Part shown: one piece after another, positions 46,902 to 57,294 of the stretch
Layout of the letters: each line of letters opens with the position of its first letter
Numbering within the stretch: position 1 is the first letter of the stretch
From: Anaerolineales bacterium
Lineage (GTDB): Bacteria > Chloroflexota > Anaerolineae > Anaerolineales > UBA6663
Direction: 5' to 3'
Assembly (NCBI GenBank): GCA_034434015.1
Contig: DAOUAB010000059.1
Span: forward strand, 26,971 to 90,970
Length of the DNA stretch: 64,000 nt
Translations under genes and position numbers: made by a program
Notes under the pieces: generated by a model
The model's database searches: none
Told to the model about the DNA's origin: nothing
Seen by the model: the letters and a program-made list of their open reading frames with translations, nothing else

Positions 46902-49162
46902 ACGACGGGCTGGGTCTGCGCCCGCGGCTGCCAGGTGACGTGGATGCGCGTCCCGCGGCCCGGCTGCGCGTAAAGCCGCAGGGCGGCGCCGATCAGGGCC
47001 GCCCGCTCATGCACGCCGGCCAGACCGAAGTGCCGCCGTTCGATCAACACCGAAAGGTCGCCCAGCGCCTCCGGCGGCAGGCCGCGCCCGTCATCCTCGA
47101 TCGAGAGATCCGCGTAATTCGGGGCCAGTCGGGCCGAGAGGCGCAGGCGGCGGGCCCCGGCGTGTTTCAGGGCGTTTTCGCCGGCCTGCTGGGCGATGCG
47201 GAAGAGGTGCTGCTCCACGTGCGCGGGGTAGCGCGCCTCCCCCTCCACGCTGACGCTGACGGCCAGGGCGCCCCCGGCGCGCTCGTCCAGGTCATCGCCC
47301 AGTTGCTCCAGCGCGCCGCGCAGTCCATAGGCCAGCATGGCCGGACGCAGGCCGCTGATGATCTGCCGCACCCGCTGCACGGCGCGCTGGTAGGCGGCCT
47401 GCGCTTCCAGCTCCGAGGGCCGGGCGTCGCGCCCCGGCGCAATCAGCGCCAGCTCGTTCAGGATGTCGTCGTGCAGCTCCAGGGCCAGCGCGGCGCGTTC
47501 CTGTTCGTCCCGGTCGATGTTGGCCTGGTGCATCTGCCGGAGGCGCTCGGTCTGCAGCAGGTGCGCCAGGGCGATGGCGGTCTGGTCGGCCAGGGCGCGC
47601 AGGCTGGCGATTTCGGCCTGGGCGTACAGGTCATCCGGGTCCCGGCGGCCGAGCAGCCACACGCCGATCACCTGGTCAGCCAGACGGAGCGGCAGCACCA
47701 GGCGCACCCACGGCAGGGATTGTGGCCGGTCGCTGGCGTCGGGCGGCAGCCGGTAGCGTTCGGCCTCGGCCAGCAGGCCGGCGAGCTCGGACGCGCCGGG
47801 AATCTGCGGCGCCTGCTGAGCGTAGAGGACGTGCGGGCCGCCGGCGTCGTCAAGGCGCAGCAGGGCGGATTGCCGGACCATCAGGCTGGGCAAAATCTCG
47901 TCCCGCAGCAGGCGGATCATGCTCTTCAGGTCCGGGCTGGCGGCCAGGCGGCCGGAATATTCCTGGAGCAGTCGCGTCGGCGGCAGCGGCATCCCGAGGA
48001 GATAACGGTCCACGCCGCGCTGGAACGGGCGATACAGGCCCAGGGCGCTGAGCGCGCCGGCCACGGCTGCCAGCACGGCGCCGAGCAGCGGATCGCGCTC
48101 GAGGGGCAGCCAGGTGTTGACGGTCGACAGCAGCGGGCCGATGGCCATACACAGGAGGAACAGGAACAGGTAGAAACCGATCGTCCGGTTGGCCCGCGTC
48201 TCCAGGGTGCCCAGTTGGCGGCGGTAGGCGGCGTAGAAATACAGCGCCGGGAGCAGCGGCCAACCGAACAGCACGCCGATCCGGCCGTATTCGGCCGGCC
48301 AGGCCGGGGCCAGCAAGGCGGCGACGCCGACGATAATGGTCGGCCCAACGGCGACGATAGCGGCCAGCCACAGGGCGCGGGTCCCCGGCGGGGCCTGCCG
48401 TCGAAGCAGCCGGAGGCCCAGGGGGACCACGATGCCCAGCAGGGCCGCCAGCAAGCCGAACAGATATAGCCTGGTGGGCAGGAGTTGCAGCCACTCGAGG
48501 CCGGCCACCAGGCCGGCGGCCAGGTACGCCGCCGCCCACATCCGCTTCGGGATTCGCCGCAAGGGTTCGGGGAAGACCCAGTGCAGGTGCCAGTACGCGG
48601 GGACGCTGAGCCAGGCGACCATCCGGCCGACGATGGCGCTCTCGGCAACGTGGTCGCGGGCCAGGACGCTGGTGATCAGCGTCAGCGCGGTCAAATCACA
48701 GAAGGCCACCAGCAGCCGCCAGCGGCTGTCGCGCGGCCGGACGAGCAGCAGCGTCAGGGCGCCGAACCCCCAGAAGACCCAGGCCAGGAACCACTGGTTC
48801 CAGACGCGATAGGCGAGCATCGTCCCGGTCTGGGCAGACAACGGCCAGGCGATGGTCATCGGCTGACCGGCCCGCTCCACAACCAGCGTGAGGGTATCCG
48901 CCCGGCCGGCGGGGGGGAAGAGGCGCAGGCGCTGGTTGGCGAGGTAGTCCGCCACCCGGACCTGGTTGACCTGGATGAGGCGGTCGCCGGCCTGCAGGCG
49001 GCCGCTGGAGTCGACGGCGATGATCACGCCGGTGCGCGGGTCCCACAAAAAGCCCGGCTGCATCACGTCGAAGAAATGGAGATAAGTGTAGATCAGCAGC
49101 AAGATGCCGGCGCAGGCGTTCGCCACAAACGTGAAGTAGGTCCGCAGGCGGTCGGTGGACAT
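46898..49162 (-). CDS. Multi-TM sensor histidine kinase (PDZ-like extracellular domain, GAF, HisKA_3)
   Basis: LQAGDRLIQVN, about eight TM segments, LELHDDILNEL, ENALKHA, DDGRG, HFGL. Confidence 0.85.
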   Translation of the reverse strand: MSTDRLRTYFTFVANACAGILLLIYTYLHFFDVMQPGFLWDPRTGVIIAVDSSGRLQAGDRLIQVNQVRVADYLANQRLRLFPPAGRADTLTLVVERAGQPMTIAWPLSAQTGTMLAYRVWNQWFLAWVFWGFGALTLLLVRPRDSRWRLLVAFCDLTALTLITSVLARDHVAESAIVGRMVAWLSVPAYWHLHWVFPEPLRRIPKRMWAAAYLAAGLVAGLEWLQLLPTRLYLFGLLAALLGIVVPLGLRLLRRQAPPGTRALWLAAIVAVGPTIIVGVAALLAPAWPAEYGRIGVLFGWPLLPALYFYAAYRRQLGTLETRANRTIGFYLFLFLLCMAIGPLLSTVNTWLPLERDPLLGAVLAAVAGALSALGLYRPFQRGVDRYLLGMPLPPTRLLQEYSGRLAASPDLKSMIRLLRDEILPSLMVRQSALLRLDDAGGPHVLYAQQAPQIPGASELAGLLAEAERYRLPPDASDRPQSLPWVRLVLPLRLADQVIGVWLLGRRDPDDLYAQAEIASLRALADQTAIALAHLLQTERLRQMHQANIDRDEQERAALALELHDDILNELALIAPGRDARPSELEAQAAYQRAVQRVRQIISGLRPAMLAYGLRGALEQLGDDLDERAGGALAVSVSVEGEARYPAHVEQHLFRIAQQAGENALKHAGARRLRLSARLAPNYADLSIEDDGRGLPPEALGDLSVLIERRHFGLAGVHERAALIGAALRLYAQPGRGTRIHVTWQPRAQTQPVV

Positions 49163-49246
49163 GTTCGCGCCAGGCGCGCTCAGCACGGGCCGGCTGGCGC
49201 CATTATACGCCGGCAGCGGGGAACCGGCGGCCCGGGAGGTCCGGGG

Positions 49247-49936
49247 TTACGGGGCCGGCGGCGGATAGGGCGTGATCAGGCTGCGGCGGCGGGCTTCGGC
49301 TACGGCGCCGGCCCGCGTGCTCACCCCCAGGCGCAGGTAAGCGCCGGACAGCAGGTTGCGCAGCGTCGAGGGCGCAATGTTGAGCCGGGCGGCGAGTTCG
49401 TAGGTCGTGGCGTCCGGATACGCCGCGCACAGCGACAACACCTCCGACTGGCGCTGGGTGACCGGCTCCAGGGCGTCCGTGCTGCGTCGCTTCCACAGGG
49501 CGTAGGCCTGGGCGCTCAGGCAGATATCCCCGCGGGCGGCGCCGCGCACCACGTCCGCCAGGCGCTGGAGGTTGTCCTGGTCATCCTTGAGCAGGTAGCC
49601 GCTGGCCCCGGCCCGCATCATGGCCCGGATCAGACTGCTCTCCGCGTGCATCGTGATCACGATGATCACCAGGGAGGGGTGGGCCTGAAGCAGGCGCGGC
49701 AGGACGGTGAGGATCGGGTAGGGGTTGCGGTTCTCGGCCGAAGTGGGCACGCTGACGTCGAGCAGCAGCACGTCGGTCGGATGCGCGGCCAGGAGCGGCT
49801 CCAGGTCCTCTCCCACGCTGGCCACGCCGACGATCTCAAACCGGGCCGGATCGCTCAGCCGGTAGCGGTAGCCGTCCACGATGGGCGGGTGATCCTCCAG
49901 GATGGCGACGCGCAGCGGGGCCTCAAACGCCAACAT
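49247..49936 (-). CDS. NarL/LuxR-family response regulator
   Basis: ILEDHP, LLLDVSVP, GYLLKD, C-terminal HTH (TQRQSEVL..STLRNLL). Confidence 0.9.
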   Translation of the reverse strand: MLAFEAPLRVAILEDHPPIVDGYRYRLSDPARFEIVGVASVGEDLEPLLAAHPTDVLLLDVSVPTSAENRNPYPILTVLPRLLQAHPSLVIIVITMHAESSLIRAMMRAGASGYLLKDDQDNLQRLADVVRGAARGDICLSAQAYALWKRRSTDALEPVTQRQSEVLSLCAAYPDATTYELAARLNIAPSTLRNLLSGAYLRLGVSTRAGAVAEARRRSLITPYPPPAP

Positions 49937-50211
49937 CTACAGAAATCTCCATACTTCCAGAATAGGCAGAACTGAACCGCCTGGCAAGGGCCGGCGCTCA
50001 GAAACAGTACATCTGCCTATTCCCTTAAACGCCGGCAGGGCGTATAACCACGATGCACGCACTTCGCAAGCGCGCGGCTGCGCCGACGAGGGAGAAAACG
50101 CGCAGCCAGGTGAAAAGGCGTTCAGCGGGTTGTCGGGCAGGGAGGCCGCTGAAGGCCTTTTCTTTTATCGAAACCGACTTGACAAATTGCTGGCGCTGCC
50201 GATAATTGGAG

Positions 50212-50259
50212 TTGGCAAGCTTCCGGGTGCCCCCCTCACCCGGGGGCTTGCCAATTTTT
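50212..50259 (+). ncRNA. Candidate ~50-nt small RNA (promoter immediately followed by hairpin + U-tract)
   Basis: TTGACA(50179)-N16-GATAAT then ttggcaagc..ccgggtg/cacccgg..gcttgccaa + ttttttg. Confidence 0.4.
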
Positions 50260-50282
50260 TGTGACGGAAACGTGACCGCGTC

Positions 50283-50310
50283 AAAAAAAACGGGCCGCCA
50301 TGGCCCGTTT
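50283..50310 (-). terminator. tRNA-Val terminator
   Basis: aaacgggcc/ggcccgttt with an A8 run on +. Confidence 0.75.
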
Positions 50311-50323
50311 CGTACAAGAGGTG

Positions 50324-50397
50324 TGGGCAATATAGGGCTCGAACCTATGACCTCACGGATGTGAACCGTGCGCTCTGACCAGCTGAGCTAATTGCCC
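50324..50397 (-). tRNA. tRNA-Val(CAC), CCA not encoded
   Basis: GGGCAAT/ATTGCCC acceptor, TAGCTCAGCTGG D-arm, CACGG-TTCACAT-CCGTG anticodon arm, GGTTCGAGCC T-arm. Confidence 0.95.
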
Positions 50398-50579
50398 GTC
50401 CTGACGATCAGCGCCATTATAACATGGGGACCGAGGGCCGGCAAGATTCCGGCCCGGCGCGGGCGCATCCGCCGTTGGCGATCAATTTCCGGCGCGCCGA
50501 CTGAGAAACGCGAAGGCGCTCGCCCGGCGGCAAAAATGTGATAAACTTCACGTATCCATTTTCGGCTGGAGACATTATC

Positions 50580-50789
50580 ATGACGCAACGTATAAAAGGA
50601 GTCGTCCGCTGGTTCGACGGCTCGAAGGGCTACGGTTACATCCACTCTCAGGGGCAGGATGTGTTCGTCCACTATACGGCCATCGCCAACAGCGGCCTGC
50701 GCAACCTGCGCGAGGGCGAACAGGTTGAGTTCACGGTCGAAGACTCGTACCGCGGCCCGCAGGCCGTGCAGGTCATCCGCCTGAACTGA
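50580..50789 (+). CDS. Cold-shock domain protein
   Basis: GVVRWFDGSKGYGYI, DVFVHYTAI, LREGEQVEF, GPQA. Confidence 0.95.
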   Translation: MTQRIKGVVRWFDGSKGYGYIHSQGQDVFVHYTAIANSGLRNLREGEQVEFTVEDSYRGPQAVQVIRLN

Positions 50790-50812
50790 CGCTCTGCGCC
50801 TGCCTGCCCGCA

Positions 50813-50843
50813 CCCCGCCAGCAGCATCGGCGGGGCTTTTGTG
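50813..50843 (+). terminator. csp terminator-like hairpin
   Basis: ccccgcc/ggcgggg + ctttt. Confidence 0.55.
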
Positions 50844-50885
50844 TTAAACTCGTTTCCGCCAATAGAGATAGAAAGGTTTGCCGCT

Positions 50886-52532
50886 ATGGCACAAAAACTG
50901 CGCGTCATCCCCGTCGGGGGGCTGGGCGAGATCGGCAAGAACATGACGTACATCGAGTACGGCAACAACGCGCTGATCGTGGACGCCGGCCTGATGTTCC
51001 CCGAGAACGACATGCTCGGCATCGACTACATCATCCCGGATTTCCGCCACCTGCTCGACAAGAAGGACCTCGTGCGCGGCATCGTCATCACGCACGGGCA
51101 CGAGGACCACACCGGCGCCATCAAGCACGTGATGAGCGAGTTCGACGCGCCGCTGTATGCCACCCCGCTCACCCGCGGCCTGCTGGAAGTCAAACTGCGC
51201 GACGCCAAGCTCTTCGACCGGGTGACGCTCAACACCGTCAACGCCGGCGACCGCATCAACATCGGCCCGTTCGCGGTCGAGCTCTTCCACGTCTGCCACT
51301 CCATCCCGGACGGCGTCGGCCTGGGCATCACCACGCCGGCCGGCCTGATCGTGCACTCCGGCGACTTCAAGTTCGACCACACGCCCGTGGACGGCTGGCC
51401 GACCGACTACGCCAAGCTGGCCGAGTTCGCCGGCCGCGGCGTGCTGGCCCTGTTCTCGGACTCGACCAACGCCGACAAGGCCGGCTGGACGCCGTCCGAG
51501 GCCGTGATCGACCCGGCCTTCGACGCCGTGTTCCGCGAGGCGCCCGGACGCATCATCATCGCCACCTTCGCCTCGCTCATTTCGCGCATCCAGCAGGTGG
51601 CCAACGCCGCCGCCCGGCACGGGCGCAAGATGACGCTGGTGGGCACCAGCATGGTCGAGAACGCGCGCATGGCCCAGAAGCTCGGCTACCTGGAGGTGCC
51701 GGACGGCCTGATCGTGCCGACCGATGAGGCCCTGCGCCTGCCGCCCAAGAAGGTGGTCATCATGACCACCGGCACCCAGGGCGAGCCGTCGTCCATCCTC
51801 AGCCGCCTGTCCGAGGGCCGCAACCGGCAGTTCGACCTGCTGACGAACGACACGGTCGTGCTCTCCTCGCACCCGATCCCGGGCAACGAGGAGATGGTCC
51901 ACCGCACCATCAACAAACTGCTGCAACGCGGCGCGCGCGTGATCTACGACCCGATCGCGTCGGTGCACGTCAGCGGCCACGCCAGCCAGGAGGAGATGAA
52001 GCTGCTCATCCACCTGGTGAAGCCCAAGTTCTTTGTGCCCATCCACGGCGAACTGCGCCACCTGCACCAGCACGCCGCCCTGGCGCGCGAGGTCGGCCTC
52101 CCGGCCGAGAACATCGCCGTGGTCGAGAACGGCGCCGTGCTGGAATTCCAGAACGACACCATGACGGTGGGCGACCGTATCCCGGGCGGCTATGTCTTCG
52201 TGGACGGCACCGGCGTGGGCGACATCGGCCCGAGCGTCATGCGCGAGCGCGAGGCCCTGGCCGAGAGCGGCGTGGTCATCGTCAACCTGCGCGTCGGCGC
52301 CGGCGGCCAGCTGGCCGGCAAACCCGAGATCATCTCGCGCGGTTTCGTGTTCGTGAAAGACGAGACCGAGATGTTCGAGGCGGCCCAGGAGCACGTCTCC
52401 CGGGTCGCGGCCCGCCATGCCAGCGCCAACGGCAACCTGCAGGCCAAGGTCGAGGCCGAGCTCTCCGATTTCTTCTACGCCGAGACCAAGCGCCGGCCGA
52501 TGATCTTCGCGCTGGTCAATCCGGTCGGCTGA
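50886..52532 (+). CDS. rnj: Ribonuclease J
   Basis: GGLGEIGKN, THGHEDH, HSIPD, SDSTNA, GTQGEP, HVSGHA, PIHGE. Confidence 0.96.
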   Translation: MAQKLRVIPVGGLGEIGKNMTYIEYGNNALIVDAGLMFPENDMLGIDYIIPDFRHLLDKKDLVRGIVITHGHEDHTGAIKHVMSEFDAPLYATPLTRGLLEVKLRDAKLFDRVTLNTVNAGDRINIGPFAVELFHVCHSIPDGVGLGITTPAGLIVHSGDFKFDHTPVDGWPTDYAKLAEFAGRGVLALFSDSTNADKAGWTPSEAVIDPAFDAVFREAPGRIIIATFASLISRIQQVANAAARHGRKMTLVGTSMVENARMAQKLGYLEVPDGLIVPTDEALRLPPKKVVIMTTGTQGEPSSILSRLSEGRNRQFDLLTNDTVVLSSHPIPGNEEMVHRTINKLLQRGARVIYDPIASVHVSGHASQEEMKLLIHLVKPKFFVPIHGELRHLHQHAALAREVGLPAENIAVVENGAVLEFQNDTMTVGDRIPGGYVFVDGTGVGDIGPSVMREREALAESGVVIVNLRVGAGGQLAGKPEIISRGFVFVKDETEMFEAAQEHVSRVAARHASANGNLQAKVEAELSDFFYAETKRRPMIFALVNPVG

Positions 52533-52605
52533 GCGACGGGTGACGGGCGCTCTCCGGCAGGCCGCCCTCACCCGCCGCCCGTCACCGCCTCACGTTTGCA
52601 TCCCC

Positions 52606-53541
52606 ATGCCCCGTGTGTATAATCGACGCTCGACTTTAACCCTGCTGGTCCTGGGCCTGGCGCTGGCGGCGTGCGGCGGCCCGTCGCCGACCGCCGCGCC
52701 CGGCCTCACGCCGGCGCCGCCGACCGTCGCGGCCCCGACCCCGGCGCCAACCGCCACCGCCACCGCCGCGCCGGCGCCGACGGAGACGCCGGAGCCGCTG
52801 GCGGCGCGTGTGGACGGCCGCCCGATCCGTCTGGCCGACTACCAGGCCGAGGTCGGCCGCTGCCAGGCGGCGCAGGCGTTCCCAGACTGCCCGGAGCGCG
52901 CGCTGCGGAGCCTGATCGAGCAGGCGGTGACGGCGCAGGCCGCGCAAGCCGCCGGCCTGAGCGTCGGCGACGCCGAGCTGGACGCCGAGCTGGACCGGAT
53001 CACGCGGAGCCGGGGCGGGGCGGAGGCCTTCGCGGCCTGGCTGGAAGCCAACGGGTACACGGCCGAGGCCTTTCGCGCGGCGCTGCGCCAGGACCTGTTG
53101 CGCGCGCGCCTGGCGGACCAGGTGACGGCCGCCATCGGCGAGACCGCCGAGCAGGTGCACGCGCAGGCCCTGCTGGTCCGGGACGAGGCGCTGGCGCGCG
53201 ATCTGCTGGCGCAGTTGCAGGCCGGCGCGGATTTTGCAACGCTGGCCCTGGCGCATTCGCTCGACCTGAGCAGCCGCGTCGCCGGCGGCGATCTGGGCTG
53301 GTTCCCGCGCGGCTGGCTGACCGTGCCCGAGGTGGAGCAGGCGGCTTTCGCGCTCCAGCCGGGCGAGACCAGCGCCGTGATCCAGAGCGCGCTCGGCTTT
53401 CACATCGTGCGGGTGCTGGAGCGTGACCCGGCCCGGCCGCTCAGCCCGGCCGCACAACGGGCCCTGCGCGAGCAGACCTGGCAGGCCTGGCTCGACGCCC
53501 GGCTGGCGCAGGCCGTGATCGAAACACCGGTCGGCCCGTGA
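52606..53541 (+). CDS. PrsA/SurA-like peptidyl-prolyl isomerase lipoprotein
   Basis: LAAC lipobox, SurA-like N-domain, FATLA..S.D..GGDLGWF, GFHIVRV. Confidence 0.85.
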   Translation: MPRVYNRRSTLTLLVLGLALAACGGPSPTAAPGLTPAPPTVAAPTPAPTATATAAPAPTETPEPLAARVDGRPIRLADYQAEVGRCQAAQAFPDCPERALRSLIEQAVTAQAAQAAGLSVGDAELDAELDRITRSRGGAEAFAAWLEANGYTAEAFRAALRQDLLRARLADQVTAAIGETAEQVHAQALLVRDEALARDLLAQLQAGADFATLALAHSLDLSSRVAGGDLGWFPRGWLTVPEVEQAAFALQPGETSAVIQSALGFHIVRVLERDPARPLSPAAQRALREQTWQAWLDARLAQAVIETPVGP

Positions 53542-53584
53542 CCCGCCTCTGGCGGCGCGGGGCGGCTCTTGAGGGAGTCGACGT

Positions 53585-54394
53585 ATGCGGAAGAAGCGTG
53601 GGACAAGCGCCGGGTGTGCGGTGGTGTTCAATCTGCTGGCGGCCTTGCTGCTGGTCATGACCTGCCTCAGCGGCGCGGCGTATGCCGCCCTGTTCGCCAA
53701 CCCGCAGCTGAACCCGATCGTGGCCCTGCGCCCGTCCGGCGGCGCGGTCGGCGTGCCGACGTTGATCCCGACGTTCGGCGTCGGGCAGATCACGCCGACC
53801 CCGACCGGCTCGAGCGGCGGCCTGCCGACGCTCCCCCCGGCCTGGACCGCGACCAACACGCCGCCCGCCAGCAATACGCCGCCCGCCAGCAGCACGCCGG
53901 AGAATACGGCCACCCGGACGCTCGTGCCGCCCACCCGGACGCCGACCCACACCGTGACCTGGACCCCCACGCCGACGGCGACCGGGCCGACGCCGACGGC
54001 GTCCATCACGCGCTCGGCGTTTCAGTTCACGCCCGGCGCCGGCTCGCCCAGCTATGTGGCCAACATCTCCCCGAACTACAGCGCGCAGGGCTGCAACTGG
54101 TTCGGCATCGCGGGCCAGGTCTTCGACCTGGACAAACGCGGGATGGTCGGTCTGCTGGTCCACCTGGAGGGCCCCAACGGCCTGTCGGTGGATGCGGTCA
54201 CCGGCAGCCAGCCGCGCTACGGCCCCAGCGGCTGGGAGATCGTCCTGGGCAACGCCCCGGTCGCCACGACCGGCTCGTATCGCATCCAGCTCCGCAACGG
54301 GTCCGGCCAACCCCTCTCTGAGACGATCGTCTTCTCCACGTTCCAGGATTGCTCGCGGAACCACATCCTCTTCAATTTTGACCGGAACCATTGA
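53585..54394 (+). CDS. Membrane-anchored Thr/Pro-rich protein with a C-terminal beta-sandwich-like domain
   Basis: N-terminal TM, TPT linker, CNWFGIAGQVFDL..GPSGWEI..C. Confidence 0.7.
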   Translation: MRKKRGTSAGCAVVFNLLAALLLVMTCLSGAAYAALFANPQLNPIVALRPSGGAVGVPTLIPTFGVGQITPTPTGSSGGLPTLPPAWTATNTPPASNTPPASSTPENTATRTLVPPTRTPTHTVTWTPTPTATGPTPTASITRSAFQFTPGAGSPSYVANISPNYSAQGCNWFGIAGQVFDLDKRGMVGLLVHLEGPNGLSVDAVTGSQPRYGPSGWEIVLGNAPVATTGSYRIQLRNGSGQPLSETIVFSTFQDCSRNHILFNFDRNH

Positions 54395-54496
54395 CCGGCA
54401 GGGGCGGGCGGTTCCCGACCAGGCCGCCTCACGCCCCAAAATAAAACAGATGCCCATTTGACAAATAGGGCCGGCTTGTTAGAATAACATTACGCT

Positions 54497-55492
54497 ATGG
54501 CCCTTGATCGCTTCGGACGCGACATCCACTATTTGCGCATCAGCCTGACGGATCGTTGCAACCTGCGCTGTGTGTACTGCATGCCGGAGGCGATGACGTT
54601 CCGGCCGCGCGCCGAGTTGATGCAGGATGGCGAGCTGCTGACGCTGGTGCGCCTGTTCACGCAACTGGGCTTCCACAAGTTCCGGCTGACGGGCGGCGAG
54701 CCGACCGTGCGCGCCAACATCGTCGAGATTGTGCGCGGCATCGCGGACACGCCCGGCGTGCGCTCGCTGTCGATGACGACCAACGGCGTGCTGCTCAAGC
54801 AACTGGCGCGTCCGCTCAAGGACGCCGGCCTGCAGCGCGTCAATGTGTCCATCGACACGCTCGATCCGGCGCGCTTCAAGCGCCTGACGCGCTGGGGGAC
54901 GCTGGAGGATGTCTGGGACGGCATCCTGGAGGCCGAGCGGGTGGGGCTGCTGCCGATCAAGCTGAACGCCGTCGTCGTCCGCGGCTACAACGAGGACGAC
55001 GTGGTGGCGCTGGCCGCGCTCACGCTCAAGCACAACTGGCAGATGCGTTTCATCGAGATGATGCCGTTCGGCGAGGTCTCCGGCTTTCAACAGGCGCAGG
55101 TGGTGACCGAACGCGAGATGCGCGACCGGATCGCGGCGGCGCTGGGCCCGCTGGAGCCCGTGAACGGCGGCCAGCTGGACGGCGAGGCGCGCCTGTTCCG
55201 CCTGGCCGGCGACGGCCAGGGCCCCGGCCGCGGCGATGTGGGGTTCATCAGCTCGGTGTCCGAGCCGTTCTGCGCTGCGTGCACGCGCGCCCGCCTGACC
55301 GCCGACGGCAAGCTGCGGATGTGCCTGCTGCGCGAGTACGAGGTGGACCTGCTCACGCCGCTGCGGGCCGGCGCCACCCTGGACGACCTGCAGGCCCTGA
55401 TCAGGAAGGCCGTGTACCACAAGCCCTGGGGCCACGGCCTGGCCCAGAACGTGGTGCCGATGAACCGCGTGATGAGCGAGATCGGGGGCTGA
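54497..55492 (+). CDS. moaA: GTP 3',8-cyclase
   Basis: YLRISLTDRCNLRCVYCMP, TGGEP, FCAAC-RARLT, C-terminal IGG. Confidence 0.96.
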   Translation: MALDRFGRDIHYLRISLTDRCNLRCVYCMPEAMTFRPRAELMQDGELLTLVRLFTQLGFHKFRLTGGEPTVRANIVEIVRGIADTPGVRSLSMTTNGVLLKQLARPLKDAGLQRVNVSIDTLDPARFKRLTRWGTLEDVWDGILEAERVGLLPIKLNAVVVRGYNEDDVVALAALTLKHNWQMRFIEMMPFGEVSGFQQAQVVTEREMRDRIAAALGPLEPVNGGQLDGEARLFRLAGDGQGPGRGDVGFISSVSEPFCAACTRARLTADGKLRMCLLREYEVDLLTPLRAGATLDDLQALIRKAVYHKPWGHGLAQNVVPMNRVMSEIGG

Positions 55493-55650
55493 CGTTCTCG
55501 GTCCGCGAAGGCCTGCCCCGCCCGCCGTCCGCCTCCGGCGGCGACGCGCTCCTGCTGTCGACCCTTGGGAGAAGAGTACCGCGCCGCGCGGCCGGGATCC
55601 GGCCCGAGACGGGGTAGAATTGCGGGACCCAATTGTCCGCAGGAGACCAT

Positions 55651-56391
55651 GTGACTCAACTGACCGCGCCGCTGGCCGGCATCCGCGCCGTGCTCTTCGA
55701 CCTGGACGGCACGCTGCGCCATAACGACCCAACCGGCTTTGAGACCTTCACCGCCTACCTGAGCGAGCTGGGCTGCGTGTTCACCGCGGAGCAGCTGGCC
55801 CGCGCCGAGCGCTGGACGCATTATTACTGGTCCATCGCGCCGGAGTTGAAGAGCGACATCGAGGCGCTCGGCGCGGACACGCCCGCCTTCTGGCGCCGGC
55901 ACGCCGAGCGCCAGGTGCTGGCCTTTGACCTGAAGGACGGCCAGGCCGCGGAACTGGCGGAGCAGGTGAACCAGATGTTCCTGGACCGTTACCGCCCGGT
56001 GAACCGCGTGGACGCCGACGTTCGGCCCACGCTTGAGCGCCTGCGCGCCGCCGGCTTCCGGGTGGGGCTGGTCTCCAACCGTTCTCAGCCGCTGGAGCCG
56101 ATCGCGCAGGAGCTCGGGCTGGCGGACCTGTTCCACTTCACCCTGGCGGCCGGCCAGATCGGCTACTGGAAGCCCGCGCCCCAGATTTTTCTGCGGGCGA
56201 CGGAGATGGCGGCCTGCGACCCGGCGCAGGCCGTGTACGTGGGCGACAACTTCTACGCCGATATCGAAGGCGCGCGCGGCGCCGGCCTGCAACCGGTGCT
56301 CATCGACCCGCGCGGTCTGTTCCCGGAGCCGGGCTGCCCCGTCATCCGCGCCATCGGCGAGATCCTGCCGTGGCTGGGCCAGCCCGCCTGA
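55651..56391 (+). CDS. HAD-IA family hydrolase
   Basis: LFDLDGTL, VSN, KPAP, VGDNFYADI. Confidence 0.88.
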   Translation: MTQLTAPLAGIRAVLFDLDGTLRHNDPTGFETFTAYLSELGCVFTAEQLARAERWTHYYWSIAPELKSDIEALGADTPAFWRRHAERQVLAFDLKDGQAAELAEQVNQMFLDRYRPVNRVDADVRPTLERLRAAGFRVGLVSNRSQPLEPIAQELGLADLFHFTLAAGQIGYWKPAPQIFLRATEMAACDPAQAVYVGDNFYADIEGARGAGLQPVLIDPRGLFPEPGCPVIRAIGEILPWLGQPA

Positions 56392-56550
56392 CCAGGCTCG
56401 ACGAACCGCGTCGAATGGCGCGCCTGAACGCGCATCGGGCGCGGCGCTCCCGTCTCGCCGCGGCGCGGCGCCCGGCGTTTTGCCGCCCGGAACCTTAAAC
56501 CCGCCGCCGGCGTCTATTTCCATGAAACCGAATCACATGGAGATGACGCT

Positions 56551-57294
56551 ATGCTTCGCAGTCCTTCCTTCCGTTCGCTGCTCCTAGCCGGCGTGGCCGG
56601 CTTGAGCCTGCTGGCCGCCGCCTGCGCGCCGCTCAGCGTGCCGGCCCAGGCGGGCGAGCCCACGCGCAACACGCTCTCGGTCACCGGCACCGGCAGCGCG
56701 TACGGCGCGCCGGACATCGCCACCCTCCAGATCGGCGTGCAGAGTCGCAACGCCGACCCCAAGGCGGCGGTGGACGAGAACACCGCCCGGATGAACGCCC
56801 TCACCCAGACGCTGACCGGCCTGGGCCTGGACGCCCAGGACCTGCAGACCGCCAATTTCTCGGTCTCGGTCCAGCAGGACTATGACCCCGTGACCGGCCA
56901 GCCGAAGAGCACGTTCACGTACGTCGTCGACAACACCCTGACGGTGCGTGTGCGCGATCTCGCCCGTCTGGGCGACGTGCTGGGCCAGGCCGTGGGCGCG
57001 GGCGCGAACAGCGTCTATGGCGTGTCGTTCACGGTCAGCGAGCCGGCCCGGCTGGAGGCCGAGGCGCGCGAGCGGGCGATGGCCGACGCCCGGGCCCGGG
57101 CCGAGGCGCTGGCCCAGGCGGCCGGCGTGACGCTGGGCGACCCGATCACGATCAGCGAATACCTCAGCGGCCCGCAGCCCTTGCTGTACGCCGACAAGCT
57201 CGGCATCGGCGGCGCCGGCGCGGCCCCGGTTCCGGTGGCGGCCGGCCAGCTCGAGATCAGCCTGCAGGTGAACGTCACCTACGAGATCCGCTGA
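56551..57294 (+). CDS. SIMPL (DUF541) domain lipoprotein
   Basis: LAAAC, LSVTGTG...PDIA, AVGAGANSVYGVSF, AGQLEI..V-VTY. Confidence 0.88.
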   Translation: MLRSPSFRSLLLAGVAGLSLLAAACAPLSVPAQAGEPTRNTLSVTGTGSAYGAPDIATLQIGVQSRNADPKAAVDENTARMNALTQTLTGLGLDAQDLQTANFSVSVQQDYDPVTGQPKSTFTYVVDNTLTVRVRDLARLGDVLGQAVGAGANSVYGVSFTVSEPARLEAEARERAMADARARAEALAQAAGVTLGDPITISEYLSGPQPLLYADKLGIGGAGAAPVPVAAGQLEISLQVNVTYEIR

